From an uncultured archaeon (GTDB lineage Archaea > Asgardarchaeota > Lokiarchaeia > Sigyniarchaeales > SOKP01), in contig CAZALK010000010.1 in assembly GCA_964486045.1 (NCBI GenBank), positions 84,889-148,888 of the forward strand: 64,000 nt of DNA, given 5' to 3'. The notes beneath the pieces are model-generated. The model was not told the DNA's origin. It searched no databases and worked only from the letters and a program-made list of their open reading frames with translations. The stretch's first letter is position 1; each line of letters begins with the position of its first letter. Below are positions 10,043 through 20,265 of the stretch, piece by piece. Made by a program: the position numbers and the translations under genes.

Positions 10043-10373
10043 ATGTTTTATGACTCCGGTTTAGATTTGGTAAGTTAACTTATTCTTTTTGTTTAATCTT
10101 TATAAAAATCTCTCATTCAGAATTGAAGACTTTTGATGATGTCAATTTTTTTCCTTTAGTTTATGATTTTTATCACATTATATGATATGGGTTTTAAAAA
10201 TGAAGAAAAAGACTCAGTGTTTCATAGGTTTTAAATCATATAAAATATTCAAGAAAGATAAATTAGGAATCTAAGCAGAAAGTTGCTTATTCAATAAAAA
10301 AAACCCTTTCTACAGGTAGCTCAAAATCATTAAAACTTATATTAAAGACACTTGGATGGTGTTATAATTAATT

Positions 10374-11054
10374 ATGAGTAATATTAATATTATTTTGAAG
10401 AGATGTAATGAAGTTATTAATCAAGCAGAAGATGTTATAAAAAAGAATGAGCCTAGGCGTGTAATATACATTATTACCTCAATACAAAATATACTTAATA
10501 CAGTATATTCAGGTGAAGTTCCTGATTATTTGAATTATGAATATTTTATTGAACATGTTTTTCCAAAAATTTCAAGTCAGCCTGAATATATTTCAAAATA
10601 TAAAAAAATAGATAAACTTGTTGTTTACTTGGAAACATTTAAAGCCTTTAGAGATGACTTAGATAGTGGTTTAATTTCACACCTTTCTAATATTATATCT
10701 GTGGATATTTTTAGTAGTTTGATTGATCAAGCAACTCAACTTCGAGAAAATAATACTGAACCATTGAATCGAGCTGCATGTGTACTAACCAGAATAGTGT
10801 TGGAAGATACATTATTAAGATTAAGTAGAAATAATAACCTCACACTTTCTAATGAAAAAGCCTCTATAGCTAATGACGAATTGAGGAAGAAAAACATCTA
10901 TGGCCAGGCAAAGTGGAGAGAGATCCAATCATGGTTAGATATTGGAAATAAAGCTGCTCACCCTGATCCAGAGTTTATGACAATTAGCGAAATAGATATA
11001 GATAATATGATAAATAATGTGAGGAGATTTACTGAATTATATCTCCAGAATTAA
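10374..11054 (+). CDS. DUF4145/HEPN-domain protein
   Basis: RAACVLTRIVLEDTL helix and C-terminal GNKAAH motif. Confidence 0.7.
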   Translation: MSNINIILKRCNEVINQAEDVIKKNEPRRVIYIITSIQNILNTVYSGEVPDYLNYEYFIEHVFPKISSQPEYISKYKKIDKLVVYLETFKAFRDDLDSGLISHLSNIISVDIFSSLIDQATQLRENNTEPLNRAACVLTRIVLEDTLLRLSRNNNLTLSNEKASIANDELRKKNIYGQAKWREIQSWLDIGNKAAHPDPEFMTISEIDIDNMINNVRRFTELYLQN

Positions 11055-11118
11055 TTTAAGAAAAACAATGAGATGATAATCTGTTATACTAATAAGGAAA
11101 ACTCAATAATTTTCAAAA

Positions 11119-12231
11119 TTAAGAAACCGGTTTCCAGAGAATTCCTAATTTATCCGTATAACCTCTGACTTCTTGCATTTCTTGTGAAGTAGGTCGACGG
11201 TTTATCTCAGGATATTCAAATGATTTCCACTGTGGACGATATTGAGACATTATGTTTACGACAGCCTTCGATAACTCTTTAGCTACATAATCCAAAATCG
11301 GTTTAGAGCAACATTCTATATGTTTGGGCATAACAAGATGACGGATGATAATTTCACCACTACCCTCATCATGCACCCGTTTATGATTTCTAGCAATGAC
11401 ATCGAAGTAGTTATCAATACCAGAATATTTTTTGGCACATTGATTATTACCATACTTCCAATCTGGCAACCAAAAATCCATCAAATCAATAATGAGAGAT
11501 AAAGCTTTATCAGTCAAATAAAAATTGGAGTTCCAAAGTTGTGTGATATTTGACTTCTGATAAAGTAAGTTTCCAATTATTGTATGAATATTTGGAATTG
11601 GGTCTCCTCCCACATAATTAATATTTATTGCTCCTTTTTTGGCTAAATTATCTGCTATTACTGCTAATTGTTTGCTATCCACTTTTTGGGCTATGTCATC
11701 AATTTCCTTTTTATTTTTCCATGCTTGTGAAATATCGTAATTTTGGCAGAAAACACACCCAAAATTGCAACCTTGAAAAAAAATTGTCCCACTGGGAATA
11801 AGGGGTGTTTCTTCTCCCATATGTAGAAATGCTGAAGAAATATATGAATCTTTACTTATTAAACAAAATCCTACTTGTCCATCAATCCTATTCGTTTCAC
11901 ATCGACGCTCACAGTATATACAACTTTCAAGATATTTAATGGCTAGAGTTTCGATTAAATGGATATATGACCTAGGAGAAATTTTACGAGATTTAATTTC
12001 TTCGATGTTCTTTTTTAATAAATCATTAAACTCCCGTGATTTTTTTTTTAGTGTTATTTCAAGATTCTCAATCGAATCACTTGATTCATAATCACAATCA
12101 ATAGTTTTAGCGATTAAAAACCTTGCGATTTGTGAGCCATCAATAATCCCTCGATATCTTGAAAAGCGTTTAAGGATATCCTCATTTTGCCATACCGAAT
12201 CAGAATCTGGTCTAATGATTCTAAAAACCAT
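11119..12231 (-). CDS. Radical SAM protein, PflX-like pyruvate-formate-lyase activating enzyme family
   Basis: N-terminal CIYCERRC, GTIFFQGCNFGCVFCQN (CxxxCxxC), IIRHLVMP, NIMSQYRP. Confidence 0.9.
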   Translation of the reverse strand: MVFRIIRPDSDSVWQNEDILKRFSRYRGIIDGSQIARFLIAKTIDCDYESSDSIENLEITLKKKSREFNDLLKKNIEEIKSRKISPRSYIHLIETLAIKYLESCIYCERRCETNRIDGQVGFCLISKDSYISSAFLHMGEETPLIPSGTIFFQGCNFGCVFCQNYDISQAWKNKKEIDDIAQKVDSKQLAVIADNLAKKGAININYVGGDPIPNIHTIIGNLLYQKSNITQLWNSNFYLTDKALSLIIDLMDFWLPDWKYGNNQCAKKYSGIDNYFDVIARNHKRVHDEGSGEIIIRHLVMPKHIECCSKPILDYVAKELSKAVVNIMSQYRPQWKSFEYPEINRRPTSQEMQEVRGYTDKLGILWKPVS

Positions 12232-12256
12232 AATATGGGAAAAAAATCTTTGTTAA

Positions 12257-12988
12257 CTATCTTTCAAAAGATAACCATTCAATAATATTTGACAAAAATT
12301 TTAAATTGTCACCAGAATCAAGTCCAAAATCACTGTCTTCCGTTATCCAATCAGATGAACCAATTGATACACATCTACCTTCATAAAAACGGGAAACCGC
12401 ACAAATCGGGACTGGCCCAATTGCTCCTAATTCTTCATCGATGTAATATTTAAATTCTGATTTTTGAGAAGTCACAATTATATCATCTACATCTTCCTCA
12501 GAAATTGTAAGGAAAGTACTGTTTGGGAATACTAACTCGGTAATCCCCTCAGTAATAGGATGATTGAACATTTCAGTAATTAAGACATTGTTTTTTTTAA
12601 CTAAAAAATTAGATGAAGATTCTTGTATCAAACCATTCCAAAATCTCCGAACACCTGTAACCTTATATAAGACCCTAATAGATCCTTTTTTCATGGATAT
12701 ATCTCTATCCCCTCCATCTCCACTAGTTAAAAAAATACTACTCCCCTCTCCTACAAATTTTTTAATTGCTCTCAATTCATCATGGGTGAATTTATCATCC
12801 TTTCCGTTAATAGTATGTTGAATATTTCCTATGAATAATATGTCAAAATCTTCAAGTTTTTCGAACTCAATTGGACCTTCATTTTTATCAATATATTCTA
12901 TTTCATAACCGTCATCTCCTAAGGAAAATTCGGGGAATTCTTCAATTTTCTCCTTATGAGATAAATCTACTATTATATGGGATGACAT
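12257..12988 (-). CDS. Class I glutamine amidotransferase-like fold protein (DUF4350/GIFT-like)
   Basis: DLSHKE start, FTxDELxAIKKFVxEG, HPITEGI, GRCVSIGSS..DNLKFLSNIIEWL. Confidence 0.6.
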   Translation of the reverse strand: MSSHIIVDLSHKEKIEEFPEFSLGDDGYEIEYIDKNEGPIEFEKLEDFDILFIGNIQHTINGKDDKFTHDELRAIKKFVGEGSSIFLTSGDGGDRDISMKKGSIRVLYKVTGVRRFWNGLIQESSSNFLVKKNNVLITEMFNHPITEGITELVFPNSTFLTISEEDVDDIIVTSQKSEFKYYIDEELGAIGPVPICAVSRFYEGRCVSIGSSDWITEDSDFGLDSGDNLKFLSNIIEWLSFER

Positions 12989-13194
12989 TGTAATATTACG
13001 GGATTAAAGCAAGGTTTTTCTATGTTAAGATAAAATAATTACTTTAATAAACGTATGTAATTTTTATAAATTTTATCTATTATAATTCTATTTCTTAATT
13101 TTCTCTTTTAAATTTTATTAAAAAAGAAATAGAGAACGTAAAATTTAAATAATAGGAGAACGAGTTCATTTAGATTAAATAATTTAAATTGGAT

Positions 13195-13881
13195 TTATAT
13201 AGGGATAAATTCGCGCTCTACAGGACCTTCTTTTTTGATGATAACAATATCAATCCCATTACCACTGAACATATCTCGAATAATGCTAGATGTAACAGCT
13301 TTTCTAATGATTTGTTTACCCACTTCTACAGATAAATTATCCTTATATTTCGCTTCTAAAACACCATAAGAAAAATTTTGTCCACTTCCAATTGCACAAT
13401 ATTTTTCATTTAAAATGGAACCATAAGATCCGATGCTTAGAATTGTTGGACCTTCTCTTTCAGTTAATCCTCCTAACATTAACCCTACTTGAAAGGGAAA
13501 CATCTTATTAGAATATAATATGTTTGATAACATTTTTCCAGCAGATTTTACCAAAATTTTTTTATTTTCATGGTTTAACTGGAACATTGTAGTTTCTGCA
13601 CGTAACACATCTGCAAGATATTGAGCATCCGCTGGTGAACCTGCTATAGTCATCCATATATGATCTTGAATTTTTAAAACTTTTTCCGCAGTTTTACTTG
13701 CTACAAAATAACCCATCGATGCTCTTTTATCTGTTCCGAAAATAACTGCATCTTTACAAGTCAAACCTACTGTCGTTGTTCCAGTTTTCAAGCGGTTTGC
13801 AGTAATATTCTTTTCTATTTTTTGGGTCCTCTTAATTTCAAATCCAAATTTAGAAGAGTTTAATTTTTCTTCATTTCTCAT
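13195..13881 (-). CDS. psmB: Proteasome subunit beta
   Basis: Propeptide followed by KTG|TTTVG, DKRAS, GSG, RDMFSG. Confidence 0.95.
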   Translation of the reverse strand: MRNEEKLNSSKFGFEIKRTQKIEKNITANRLKTGTTTVGLTCKDAVIFGTDKRASMGYFVASKTAEKVLKIQDHIWMTIAGSPADAQYLADVLRAETTMFQLNHENKKILVKSAGKMLSNILYSNKMFPFQVGLMLGGLTEREGPTILSIGSYGSILNEKYCAIGSGQNFSYGVLEAKYKDNLSVEVGKQIIRKAVTSSIIRDMFSGNGIDIVIIKKEGPVEREFIPI

Positions 13882-14096
13882 ATGGTCATTTAAGGAGTTA
13901 TAATTTAATAAATTTCTTCTAATTTAATATAAACATTGGATGATCAAACCAAGAAAATTTATCAGAAATAATTAATAAATATTGAGATGATTTTATTAGT
14001 ATCTACATCAACCAAATTATTAACTAAGGAATTCTCAATAAGAGTCTAAATGTTAAAAACAATACTTTTAAAACAATTTTAAATAATCTTTTTTAA

Positions 14097-15029
14097 ATGG
14101 TTGAATTTATCGGGTTAGTTTTTACAACTTATGCTGTATTCACATGGGCAATAGTTTCACTTGTTTATAAAACAGGATTAGAGAAAACTGACCCAAAAGC
14201 AAATTTATTTTTTAGATTATGTTGTGTCTCAATTGGTTCACTTTTTTTCTCTCTAATTTTCGGAAATTTTCTAATTTTTAGTAGCATGAATAATTCTGAA
14301 TTGGGATTATATCTATTAGCGTGTCTTATATCAGGAATTAGCGTCACAATTGGGGATTTACTGTATTATTTCTCATTAAAGAAAATAGATGCCTCCCGTG
14401 CGTATCCTCTCGTCCAGCTCTCACTTATTTTTGTGTTTCCATTTAGTGTCTTTTTATTTGGTGAAGAATTGAAACTTTCAGTATTATTTGGAGGTTTATT
14501 ATTCTTAACTAGTGTTTTTATACTAAGTTCTAAGGATAAAAACGAAATCGAGACTAACGGAAGTTTAAAAAAAAAAGAAGCTGAAAATGTTATTATTGGA
14601 GCCGTGTTCGCTGTATGTGCTGCCTTTCTTTGGGCTGTAGCGATTATTTCTTTTAATCAAGCAAGAATTATTTCGAATGATGTATTCGTAACAAATTTCT
14701 TAAGAGTGGCTATGGCAACAATTTTATTCCTTATATTAGGAATATTCAAGCCTGTTTATTTTTCGGGTTTTAAAAAGGAAAGTCGAGGAAATTTAAAATA
14801 TTTTATATATATAGGAATCGCAGGCATAATTTCTTTAGGATTGGCAGATTCATTATTTTATAAAGCAGCAGAAATCAATGGGTTAATTCTAACAACAGCT
14901 ATTACAATTAATACACCTTTCGTAAATTTTTGTTTCTCAATTTTAATTTTAAAAGAAAAGTTTCGCAAGAGGTTTCTAGTTGCGGTTGGGTTGATAATTT
15001 TAGGTAACTATGTCATATTATTCATTTAA
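14097..15029 (+). CDS. EamA/DMT family transporter
   Basis: Ten TM helices in two repeats ending LFGE / ILKE. Confidence 0.85.
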   Translation: MVEFIGLVFTTYAVFTWAIVSLVYKTGLEKTDPKANLFFRLCCVSIGSLFFSLIFGNFLIFSSMNNSELGLYLLACLISGISVTIGDLLYYFSLKKIDASRAYPLVQLSLIFVFPFSVFLFGEELKLSVLFGGLLFLTSVFILSSKDKNEIETNGSLKKKEAENVIIGAVFAVCAAFLWAVAIISFNQARIISNDVFVTNFLRVAMATILFLILGIFKPVYFSGFKKESRGNLKYFIYIGIAGIISLGLADSLFYKAAEINGLILTTAITINTPFVNFCFSILILKEKFRKRFLVAVGLIILGNYVILFI

Positions 15030-15186
15030 TTCTATTAAAAATAATTATACTTTAACTCTTGCTCAGAAAGCTATTTAAATCAAAGTCAAAAATAATAAAA
15101 AATAAACAACAACAAATAAAAATGAAAGAAATAATTTAATTATTTAATTAGATTAGCACAAAATTAAAATTCTAGATGAAAATAAT

Positions 15187-15867
15187 ATGATGTTATTCTT
15201 ACATAAGGATAAAATTCGAGCAGACAGCTATATTACAGGTTTTTATGTTTTAGGCTATGTACTTTTTTTTGTGTTCTTTAGATTAGAAGTGATAATGTCA
15301 TTGATAGTTTATCCTTTCATAGCATTATTTTTTTATGGTATAATAAAAATAATTGATGGGACCAACAAAAGAAACAGAGGAAATATGAAAAATCTCAACA
15401 GAGTTTTATTTGGATTATCTTTAATAGCCTTTTCAATAGTATTCCTTAACTTTTTTCTTAGATTACCTAACGTATCTTTTCAAAATACAATCCATTTAGC
15501 TGCCTATCCAATTCTTATTGTAGGAGTTTCAAGCATAATTAAAGGGAGTTTAATTGAAGTTTATTCAATAAAGTTTCGGTATATTAATATCCTGATTGGA
15601 GGAGTATCGATAGTAATCTGTATGCTAGCCTTCCTCTCTTCTCGTATATTTCCACCTATTCTTAATATTTTTCACGTATTTTCTCTCACTATTATTCTCA
15701 TAGTTAATATTGTAAGCAGAGCCGCGCTATATTTAAGCGAGTACAATTTATCGGTTTTGAATTTCAGAAATTTTAAACTCTTCTTCTATATAATCTCTGA
15801 TTACTTTATTTATATAAACAAGGATGGGAATATTGTTTTGAATAAACTGGCACAAAATATAAAATAA
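15187..15867 (+). CDS. Hypothetical membrane protein (about 6 TM, HdeD/DUF308-like)
   Basis: Hydrophobic helices; no diagnostic motif. Confidence 0.55.
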   Translation: MMLFLHKDKIRADSYITGFYVLGYVLFFVFFRLEVIMSLIVYPFIALFFYGIIKIIDGTNKRNRGNMKNLNRVLFGLSLIAFSIVFLNFFLRLPNVSFQNTIHLAAYPILIVGVSSIIKGSLIEVYSIKFRYINILIGGVSIVICMLAFLSSRIFPPILNIFHVFSLTIILIVNIVSRAALYLSEYNLSVLNFRNFKLFFYIISDYFIYINKDGNIVLNKLAQNIK

Positions 15868-15893
15868 AATTCAACCCATAGACTTAAAATTAT

Positions 15894-17084
15894 TTAAGAT
15901 AGTGCATTTTCAATACGATCCATTCCCTTTATGATATTTTCACGAGAGATACAATAAGAAAAGCGAATATATTCTTCTTTTTCCTCGGGAATTTTTTTTC
16001 CAAAGTATGTTCGGGAAAGAACTGCGACATCCAAATTTTCTAAAAAATATTCTTGCAGTTCTAAACTGTTTTTAAGGTTCAATTTCTTACAAGCTCCTGT
16101 GACATTAGCAAATATATAAAAAGCTCCTTTAGGTAAGACAGCTGTGATTCCGTCTATTCTATTTAATCTTTTATGAATAAGATCCCTCCGTCTTTTAAAC
16201 TCTTTTATCATGGAAATTGAAGGTGCTTTATCCCCGGTAATAGCAGTGGTTCCTGCCATTTGTGTAAATGTTGCTGTGCAAGAAATTGTGTTTGTTAACC
16301 ATCGTGCAAAATATGCAGCTAAATCTTCATTAACAATAGCATACCCTAATCTCCATCCAGTCATAGAAAAGAACTTACTAAATCCGTCTAAGATTATGGT
16401 TCTCTCTAACATCTCTGGTAGAATGGCTATAGTTTTATAATTAATATTATCATACACAATATTAGAATAAATCTCATCAGAAAGAATCCATAGATCATTT
16501 TCTACAGCAATCTTGGCTAAAATCTCTAAATTTTTTTGATTGAGTACAGATCCTGTTGGGTTTTGGGGGCTGTTGATGATAATCAATTTTGTTTTGTCAG
16601 AGATTTTGTCTAATAGACCTTCAATATTATAGTTCCATTCTTCACTTTCTAGTAATTGTGCAGATATAGCCTTACACCCGTGAACATTTATTAAACTCTC
16701 ATAAATTGGATATCCAGGGTTCGGATATATTACCTCATCTCCCGGATTTGTGCACGATAATATGGTTAAATCCACAACAAATTTAGCACTAGGTAAAACT
16801 ACAACATTTTTAGATGTAACATTTAATCCTCTGTTTTCATTCATGAACTCAGCAATTCCACTCCTTAACTCAGGAATTCCAGCAGATATTGAATAATGTG
16901 TGAAATTCTTCTTAATTGCTTCAATACCTGCTTTTTTAATATGTTTTGGTGTATCGAAATCGGGTTCACCAATTGAGAATGAGATTATATTTTTTTTCCT
17001 TCTTTCTGGAAAACTTTGAATACGACTTAACACCTCAAAAGCAGTTTCAGTACCTAGCCGATTTAACCTTTCAGCATAATTCAT
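15894..17084 (-). CDS. PLP-dependent aminotransferase class I (aspartate aminotransferase-like)
   Basis: GEPDFDTP, NSPQNPTG, SDEIY, GFSKFFSMTGWRLG. Confidence 0.94.
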   Translation of the reverse strand: MNYAERLNRLGTETAFEVLSRIQSFPERRKKNIISFSIGEPDFDTPKHIKKAGIEAIKKNFTHYSISAGIPELRSGIAEFMNENRGLNVTSKNVVVLPSAKFVVDLTILSCTNPGDEVIYPNPGYPIYESLINVHGCKAISAQLLESEEWNYNIEGLLDKISDKTKLIIINSPQNPTGSVLNQKNLEILAKIAVENDLWILSDEIYSNIVYDNINYKTIAILPEMLERTIILDGFSKFFSMTGWRLGYAIVNEDLAAYFARWLTNTISCTATFTQMAGTTAITGDKAPSISMIKEFKRRRDLIHKRLNRIDGITAVLPKGAFYIFANVTGACKKLNLKNSLELQEYFLENLDVAVLSRTYFGKKIPEEKEEYIRFSYCISRENIIKGMDRIENALS

Positions 17085-17282
17085 TTTAAGATCAAGTTAC
17101 CCTTTTTTAGTTCCTTTTTCCTATTTAACAGAAAAGATTTAGTGTTATTTAATGTTTTATAAAGAAATGACTACGGGGAAAGATATCCCATAAAATTAAG
17201 TGAAGTAGTTGTTCAATCAGACCCTAAGATGAATTTCCCGAATTAATTAATTAGATGGTTTTTTCAGAAGGAGTTAAGAAAA

Positions 17283-17858
17283 TTAAGGATTTGTTATCTG
17301 TTCAATTTTTAGCAAGTTTCTTTTAAGACTTAGTTGCCAGCCCTTATCAGATTCTCCCATAAAACCTCCAAGATCACCATTCTTTTTTATTACACGATGA
17401 CAGGGAATAATTAGGGGTAATGGGTTTCTTCTTAATATATTTCCAATAGCTCTATATGCCTTAGAGCCCATTTTGCTTCCGATTTCGAAGTATGTGGTGA
17501 TTTCACCCCTATTTAAGTTCATTAAATTATTAATAACTTTTTGAGAAAAATCGGTTGGAAATTTATTGTATATGTCTAAATCAATGTTTAAATTGTTTGA
17601 ATAATCATATAGATTAATATTTTTACCAGATAAAAAATTAAGGATTACCTCATGCAACTCTTGAAGCCCGGAATAATTTATGAGATCTTTTTCAGGGACT
17701 AATTCATAGCCCATTCTTTTAATATAATCAATTGCTTGTATTTCTTTTTCAAAAAATTTAACTTCATCTAACTTTATTTTTTGCTCTTTAGCTTTGAATT
17801 CAAAGGATATTAAAATGGTAGCTTTTAATTGCTCTGATTTGATATAAGTTGATAACAT
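17283..17858 (-). CDS. ogt: Methylated-DNA-protein-cysteine methyltransferase
   Basis: RAIG..NPLPLIIPCHRVI active-site motif. Confidence 0.92.
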   Translation of the reverse strand: MLSTYIKSEQLKATILISFEFKAKEQKIKLDEVKFFEKEIQAIDYIKRMGYELVPEKDLINYSGLQELHEVILNFLSGKNINLYDYSNNLNIDLDIYNKFPTDFSQKVINNLMNLNRGEITTYFEIGSKMGSKAYRAIGNILRRNPLPLIIPCHRVIKKNGDLGGFMGESDKGWQLSLKRNLLKIEQITNP

Positions 17859-18033
17859 AATTTTTACTTCTTAAAATAATATTTAAGCCTAATAATTTTT
17901 TCTCATTTCGAAAATTATTTAAAATTAATCTCTCTTAATAGTTATAGATTTCTACTAAAAAAATAACTTATGTTAATATTAATAACTTAAACCAATTAAT
18001 TTTTAGTATACAAAACTTATAGGTAAAAAACCA

Positions 18034-19089
18034 ATGCCAAAGGATTTAAGAGATATGTTGGATAACATTGAATCCAGTGAACAACAAACTGCTATTCTAC
18101 AATCAAAGGTGGATAAATTATCATCACTAGTAGAACGACAAAAAAGAATTATTAGTGAACAGGAATCTATTGTTGAGGAACAGAAAAGTAAAATCTCAAA
18201 AATGAGTGACATTCCAGAAGATATTCTAGAATTAAAAGAACTGATTGGAGCACAGAGGCAAAACCTTAATGAGAGAGAACTTGAATTGGAATATACAAAA
18301 GGAGAAGTAGCCCAATCACAGAAAGAACTTGAATTAATAAAAAAGCAGATAATTCCTACTCAACGTAAAATGGAAGAATCCTATGAAACGATTGGAAATT
18401 TAAGAGCAGAGTTGGCTGAAAAAAATTCAGAGTTACTTTTAAAAAATGAAGCAGTTAAAAACTTGAACAACAAAATAGAAGAATTACAGGCATTTACCGA
18501 TAAATTCAAGGAAGAACAAGTAAAATTAATAACACAATTAGAAGATAAACGTCGAAAAGAATCACAAGGATTAAAAGCTGAAGTGAGTAAATTAGAATCC
18601 ACTTTATTAGAAAGAAAGTTACAATCCACGGAAAGAGATTCTGATGCAAAAGATGCAATTTCTAGGATGGAGAGTATGAAAGACAAATACGAAGAATTAA
18701 TTAATAAAGTTGGGGAACTAGGTGATAAAAATAGAGAGGCTAATAACGAAATTGAGCGCTTGGAAAGGAAAAATAATGACGATATTGAACGGCTGACAAA
18801 AAAGATTAAAGAAATTCAAGAATTTCAGAAGGAAAATATTGACAAAGTACATCATTTTGATAAATTAAAGCCATTAATGGAAAAAGAAACACTTTTTAAA
18901 GCCTTCCTTATAGTTGAGGAAGTTGGAGCAATCTCACTTGAGGATCTTCGAAATGCACTTGGATCCCCGATAGTATTAATAAAAAAGATGGTGCAACAAT
19001 TGGAAGATGTAGGAATTCTGGATAAGAACGTACAGGGTAAAATTATCATTAAAAAAATTGAAGAAATTGAAGAAGTTGAAGAAATTTAA
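18034..19089 (+). CDS. Long coiled-coil protein with probable C-terminal winged helix
   Basis: Heptad-rich E/K/Q sequence, then GAISLEDLRNALGSPIVLIKKMVQQLEDVGIL. Confidence 0.7.
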   Translation: MPKDLRDMLDNIESSEQQTAILQSKVDKLSSLVERQKRIISEQESIVEEQKSKISKMSDIPEDILELKELIGAQRQNLNERELELEYTKGEVAQSQKELELIKKQIIPTQRKMEESYETIGNLRAELAEKNSELLLKNEAVKNLNNKIEELQAFTDKFKEEQVKLITQLEDKRRKESQGLKAEVSKLESTLLERKLQSTERDSDAKDAISRMESMKDKYEELINKVGELGDKNREANNEIERLERKNNDDIERLTKKIKEIQEFQKENIDKVHHFDKLKPLMEKETLFKAFLIVEEVGAISLEDLRNALGSPIVLIKKMVQQLEDVGILDKNVQGKIIIKKIEEIEEVEEI

Positions 19090-19188
19090 TCTATATTCTC
19101 TTCCCCTAATTCTTATACGATAATTCTTTGAATTCCTAAAAACCTCATTAGGACTAAATATAAAAAAAAGGAGTAGAATAAACTATCA

Positions 19189-19566
19189 TTATACTTTAGC
19201 TAATTGGTCATAAAGATTGGGTAAAGTTTCTTTAAAGGTATCATCAGGTATTTTCTCAAGTATTTCAGCAGCAATCGTCTTTAGCACCTCTCGATATTTA
19301 CCTGGTTTTTCATCTCGTCGAAGTATTAGAGCAACAACATAATTCTCAACAGAAATGAAATCTTGTCCTACTCCTGAGAAAAACGACACCACTTTGTTAT
19401 TCTTCAGTGCGATAGAAGCGAATCCCGGTTTCAAGCTCTGATATCTGTGACTTGAGTATACTTGTGTGAGTAAATTATTCGTGATCTTTAATGTTTTTGG
19501 GTAAAAACCCTCGTTTATTGGACCTATTTCATTATCCCAACGGATTACGAGTATTCCAACCGGCAT
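19189..19566 (-). CDS. Longin/uDENN-like small protein
   Basis: GILVIRWDNEIGP...YP N-terminus typical of uDENN/longin folds. Confidence 0.6.
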   Translation of the reverse strand: MPVGILVIRWDNEIGPINEGFYPKTLKITNNLLTQVYSSHRYQSLKPGFASIALKNNKVVSFFSGVGQDFISVENYVVALILRRDEKPGKYREVLKTIAAEILEKIPDDTFKETLPNLYDQLAKV

Positions 19567-19886
19567 TTAATTCCTCTCCCCCATGTCGTCAATTATTTTT
19601 AAGATAAAGATTCCAGAAGGCATATTTTTTCACTAAAAATTTTTTCTACTGTGTGTTTCTAACCTATTTTAAGTAGTAAATTTTGATAAATACTACTTTT
19701 GATATTATTTTAATATATTATAGTTATATATTTCTTTTTGTTTTTTAATGATACGTTATCTAACCATTAACATCGAAAGGTTAAGTAAAATTTAAATTAA
19801 AATTATAACTTTGAAATATTGTCACCCATAAAAGCTAACCTTAAATCACTGTAGCTTTTAAAATATATTTACTGTTCTTCATAATT

Positions 19887-20084
19887 GGAGGGGTAACCGA
19901 GTTTGGTCAATTTGATCATATCAACTAAGGCCTAGTTTCGCGCCTTGAATGGGTCAAGACTACAGGTGCTGGACTTAAGATCCAGACATGAAATGAATGT
20001 ATTCGTGGGACAATGGCAAAGGCCTCCGAGAGTTCGAACCCTGCTTAATCACTTCGGTGGCAGTAGGAAATCTCTCCCCCTCCA
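19887..20084 (+). tRNA. tRNA-Leu(TAA) with three non-canonical introns (19911-19963, 19986-20013, ~20039-20070)
   Basis: Acceptor GGAGGGG/CCCCTCC-A; anticodon arm CTGGA-CTTAAGA-TCCAG; T arm GAGAG/CTCTC; removing three BHB-like inserts gives an 85-nt class II tRNA. Confidence 0.9.
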
Positions 20085-20265
20085 CACTTATTTCCTCAGT
20101 TTCTATAGCCTTTCGCATCCTAATCCCAAGAAAAACCTTTAAACTTAATTTTTACCTTTCAACTTATCATTGTTTTAATCCCATAAGTAAAAACAAGCAA
20201 AATTATAAATAAATATAGAACAATTCAATATATATAAGAAATCTTAATGAAAGGTAAGGAGTCCT

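Larger units (their letters stand above)
8481..11243. mobile_element. ~2.76 kb islet inserted in the 3' end of the radical SAM gene (LAGLIDADG endonuclease + HEPN/DUF4145 gene + replacement 3' end)
   Basis: Bounded by the two copies of the gene 3' end; cargo is typical of selfish/defence elements; no integrase seen. Confidence 0.75.

Noticed and set aside
8356-11243. Diversity-generating retroelement (TR/VR pair) explanation for the duplicated radical SAM tail
   Set aside because: Mismatches are not restricted to adenines, many are synonymous, and no reverse transcriptase is present in the window
18034-19089. SMC/Rad50 annotation for this and the other coiled-coil proteins
   Set aside because: No Walker A/B or hinge motifs; similarity would be compositional only
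19945-20212. ORFs 19945-20142 and 19997-20212
   Set aside because: They overlap the intron-containing tRNA-Leu and are spurious
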